DNA of 64,000 nt from assembly GCA_032718475.1 (NCBI GenBank), contig JAUCBJ010006708.1:1-64000 (forward strand), read 5' to 3'. A program made the translations under genes and the position numbers. This DNA comes from Nemertoderma westbladi. Taxonomy: Eukaryota > Animalia > Xenacoelomorpha. This document shows, piece by piece, positions 62,107 through 64,000 of the stretch. Position 1 is the stretch's first letter; each line of letters begins with the position of its first letter. The notes beneath the pieces are model-generated. The model searched no databases and was not told the DNA's origin. It saw nothing but the letters and a program-made list of their open reading frames with translations.

Positions 62107-63815
62107 CTAGAAAAAATATAGATACATTGGATTGTGTTAATAAACAATGCTTGCAGGTTTGCAAAAAGTAACTCTTGCAAACCTCTTACCATGGTAGTTT
62201 CACACACAAAATCTCACAGCTAAAACTAACTGTGTTGGGACAGTCACAAACAACTTCGGAATATTGTGACAGCCACAATCAATTGTAGTAATTTTGTAAC
62301 AGCCACAAACAATTGTCTGAATGTTGTGACAGCTACAAACATTTGTCGCAATGTTGTGACAGCCACAAACAATTGTCCGAATGTTGTGACAGCCACAAAC
62401 AATTGTCGTAATGTTTTGACAGCCAAAAACAATTGTCGCAATATTGTGACAGCCACAAACAATTGTCGCAATATTATGACAGCCACAAAAAATATCGTAA
62501 TGTTGTGACAGTCACAAACAATTGTCGCAAGGTTGTGACAGCCACAAACAATTGTCGTAATGTTGTGACAGCCACAAACAATTGTCGTAAAGTTGTTACA
62601 GCCACAAACAATTGTCGTAATGTTGTGACAGCAACAAACAATTGTCGTAATGTTGTGTCAGCTACAAACAATTGTCGCAATGTTGTGACAGCCACAAACA
62701 ATTGTCGTAATGTTGTTACAGCCACAAACAATTGTCGTAATGTTGTGACAGCAACAAACAATTGTCGTAATGTTGTGTCAGCTACAAACAATTGTCGCAA
62801 TGTTGTGACAGCCACAAACAATTGTACGAATGCTGTGACAGCTACAAACAATTGTCGTAATGTTGTGACAGCCACAAACAATCGTACAAATGTTGTGACA
62901 GCAACAAACAATTGTATGAATGTTGTGACAGCTACAAACAATTGTCTTAATGTAGTGACAACTACAAACAATTGTCGTAATGTTGTGACAGCCACAAACA
63001 ATTGTAGTAATTTTGTGACAGCCACAAACAATTGTCCGAATGTTGTGATAGCTACAAACAATTGTCGTAATGTTGTGACAGCTACAAACCGAATGTTGTG
63101 ATAGCTACAAACAATTGTCGTAATGTTGTGACAGCTACAATACAATTGTCGTAATTTTGTGACAGCCACAAACAATTGTCGTAATGTTGTTACAGCCACA
63201 AACAGTTATTGTCGTAATGTTGTGAAAGCAAAAAACAATTATCGCAATCTTGTGACAGCTACAAACAATTGTAGTAATGTTGTGACAGCCACAAACAATT
63301 ATTGTCGTAATGTTGTGACAGCCACAAACAATTATTATCGTAATGTTGTGACAGCCACAAACAATTGTAGTAATTTTGTGACAGCCACTAACAATTGTAG
63401 TAATTTTGTGACAGCCACAAACAATTATTGTCGTAATGTTGTGACAGCCACAAACAATTGTAGTAGTTTTGTGACAGCCACAAACAATTGTAGTAATTTT
63501 GTGACAGCCACAAACAATTATTGTCGTAATGTTGTGAAAGCAAAAAACAATTATCGCAATCTTGTGACAGCTACAAACAATTGTAGTAATGTTGTGACAG
63601 CCACAAACAATTATTGTCGTAATGTTGTGACAGCCACAAACAATTATTGTCGTAATGTTGTGACAGTCACAAACAATTATTGTCGTAATGTTGTGACAGC
63701 CACAAACTAATACCAAAATGTTGTGGCAGCTGCTAATAATTGCAATAATTTTGTGACTGACATACACAAACAAATGTCACAATTAATCATCAACTAAATA
63801 TGTGTGTAAATTTAC

Positions 63816-63944
63816 CTCCTTATCAGCGGTGGGTTCATCGAGCAGATCAAGATCGCTTGTGCAGATCGGTTGCTTATCAGGAGCAGCAGAGCCACCCAAT
63901 ATCAACGGAATATTATCCGTTATGTCGTCAATTTCTTCGTTAAA
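63816..63944 (-). CDS. Repeated 129-nt exon, copy 7
   Basis: AG/GT retained; open. Confidence 0.6.
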
Positions 63945-64000
63945 CTAGAAAAAATATAGATACATTGGATTGTGTTAATAAACAATGCTTGCAGGTTTGC

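Larger units (their letters stand above)
50398..63770 (+). repeat. 30-bp satellite with higher-order structure, interrupted by a recurring ~330-bp non-satellite block
   Basis: Unit CACAAACAATTGTCGTAATGTTGTGACAGC. Non-satellite blocks at ~51710, 53060, 54935, 57260, 59930, 61915 and 63780. Confidence 0.97.

Noticed and set aside
50398-63770. CRISPR array, or Cys-rich (TATNNCRNVV)n / (CGCHNITTIV)n proteins
   Set aside because: Contiguous 30-bp monomers without unique spacers, no cas genes, and a eukaryotic context. The ORFs arise on both strands from the repeat and break at random indels.

Overview
Repeat-rich, AT-rich metazoan genomic DNA (spliceosomal introns; the taxon cannot be fixed from the sequence). 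The first 31 kb holds two same-strand copies of an unusually long BEL/Pao LTR retrotransposon. Copy A (starts before base 1) has an intact 2693-aa Gag-Pol but is 3'-truncated. Copy B (15877-31216) is complete, with ~1.18-kb TG..CA LTRs and a 5-bp TSD ACCTC, but is frameshifted. The family has three atypical traits. (i) A large second ORF that is not env: it contains a WRN/EXD2/MUT-7-like DEDDy 3'-5' exonuclease domain (copy A) and tandem CCHC zinc fingers with a basic tail (copy B). (ii) There is no tRNA primer-binding site; the 11 nt after the 5' LTR are exactly complementary to an 11-mer inside the LTR, as in Tf1-type self-priming. (iii) Structured RNA elements lie between pol and ORF2. The rest of the window contains non-autonomous DNA transposons with TSDs (two hAT-like, one nested MULE-like), non-LTR retrotransposon fragments, 48-, 68-, 37- and 30-bp tandem arrays, and a two-exon secreted three-finger (Ly6/uPAR-fold) gene. 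Seven copies of an intact 129-nt minus-strand exon are embedded in the 30-bp satellite. All domain calls come from motif reading, not database searches.
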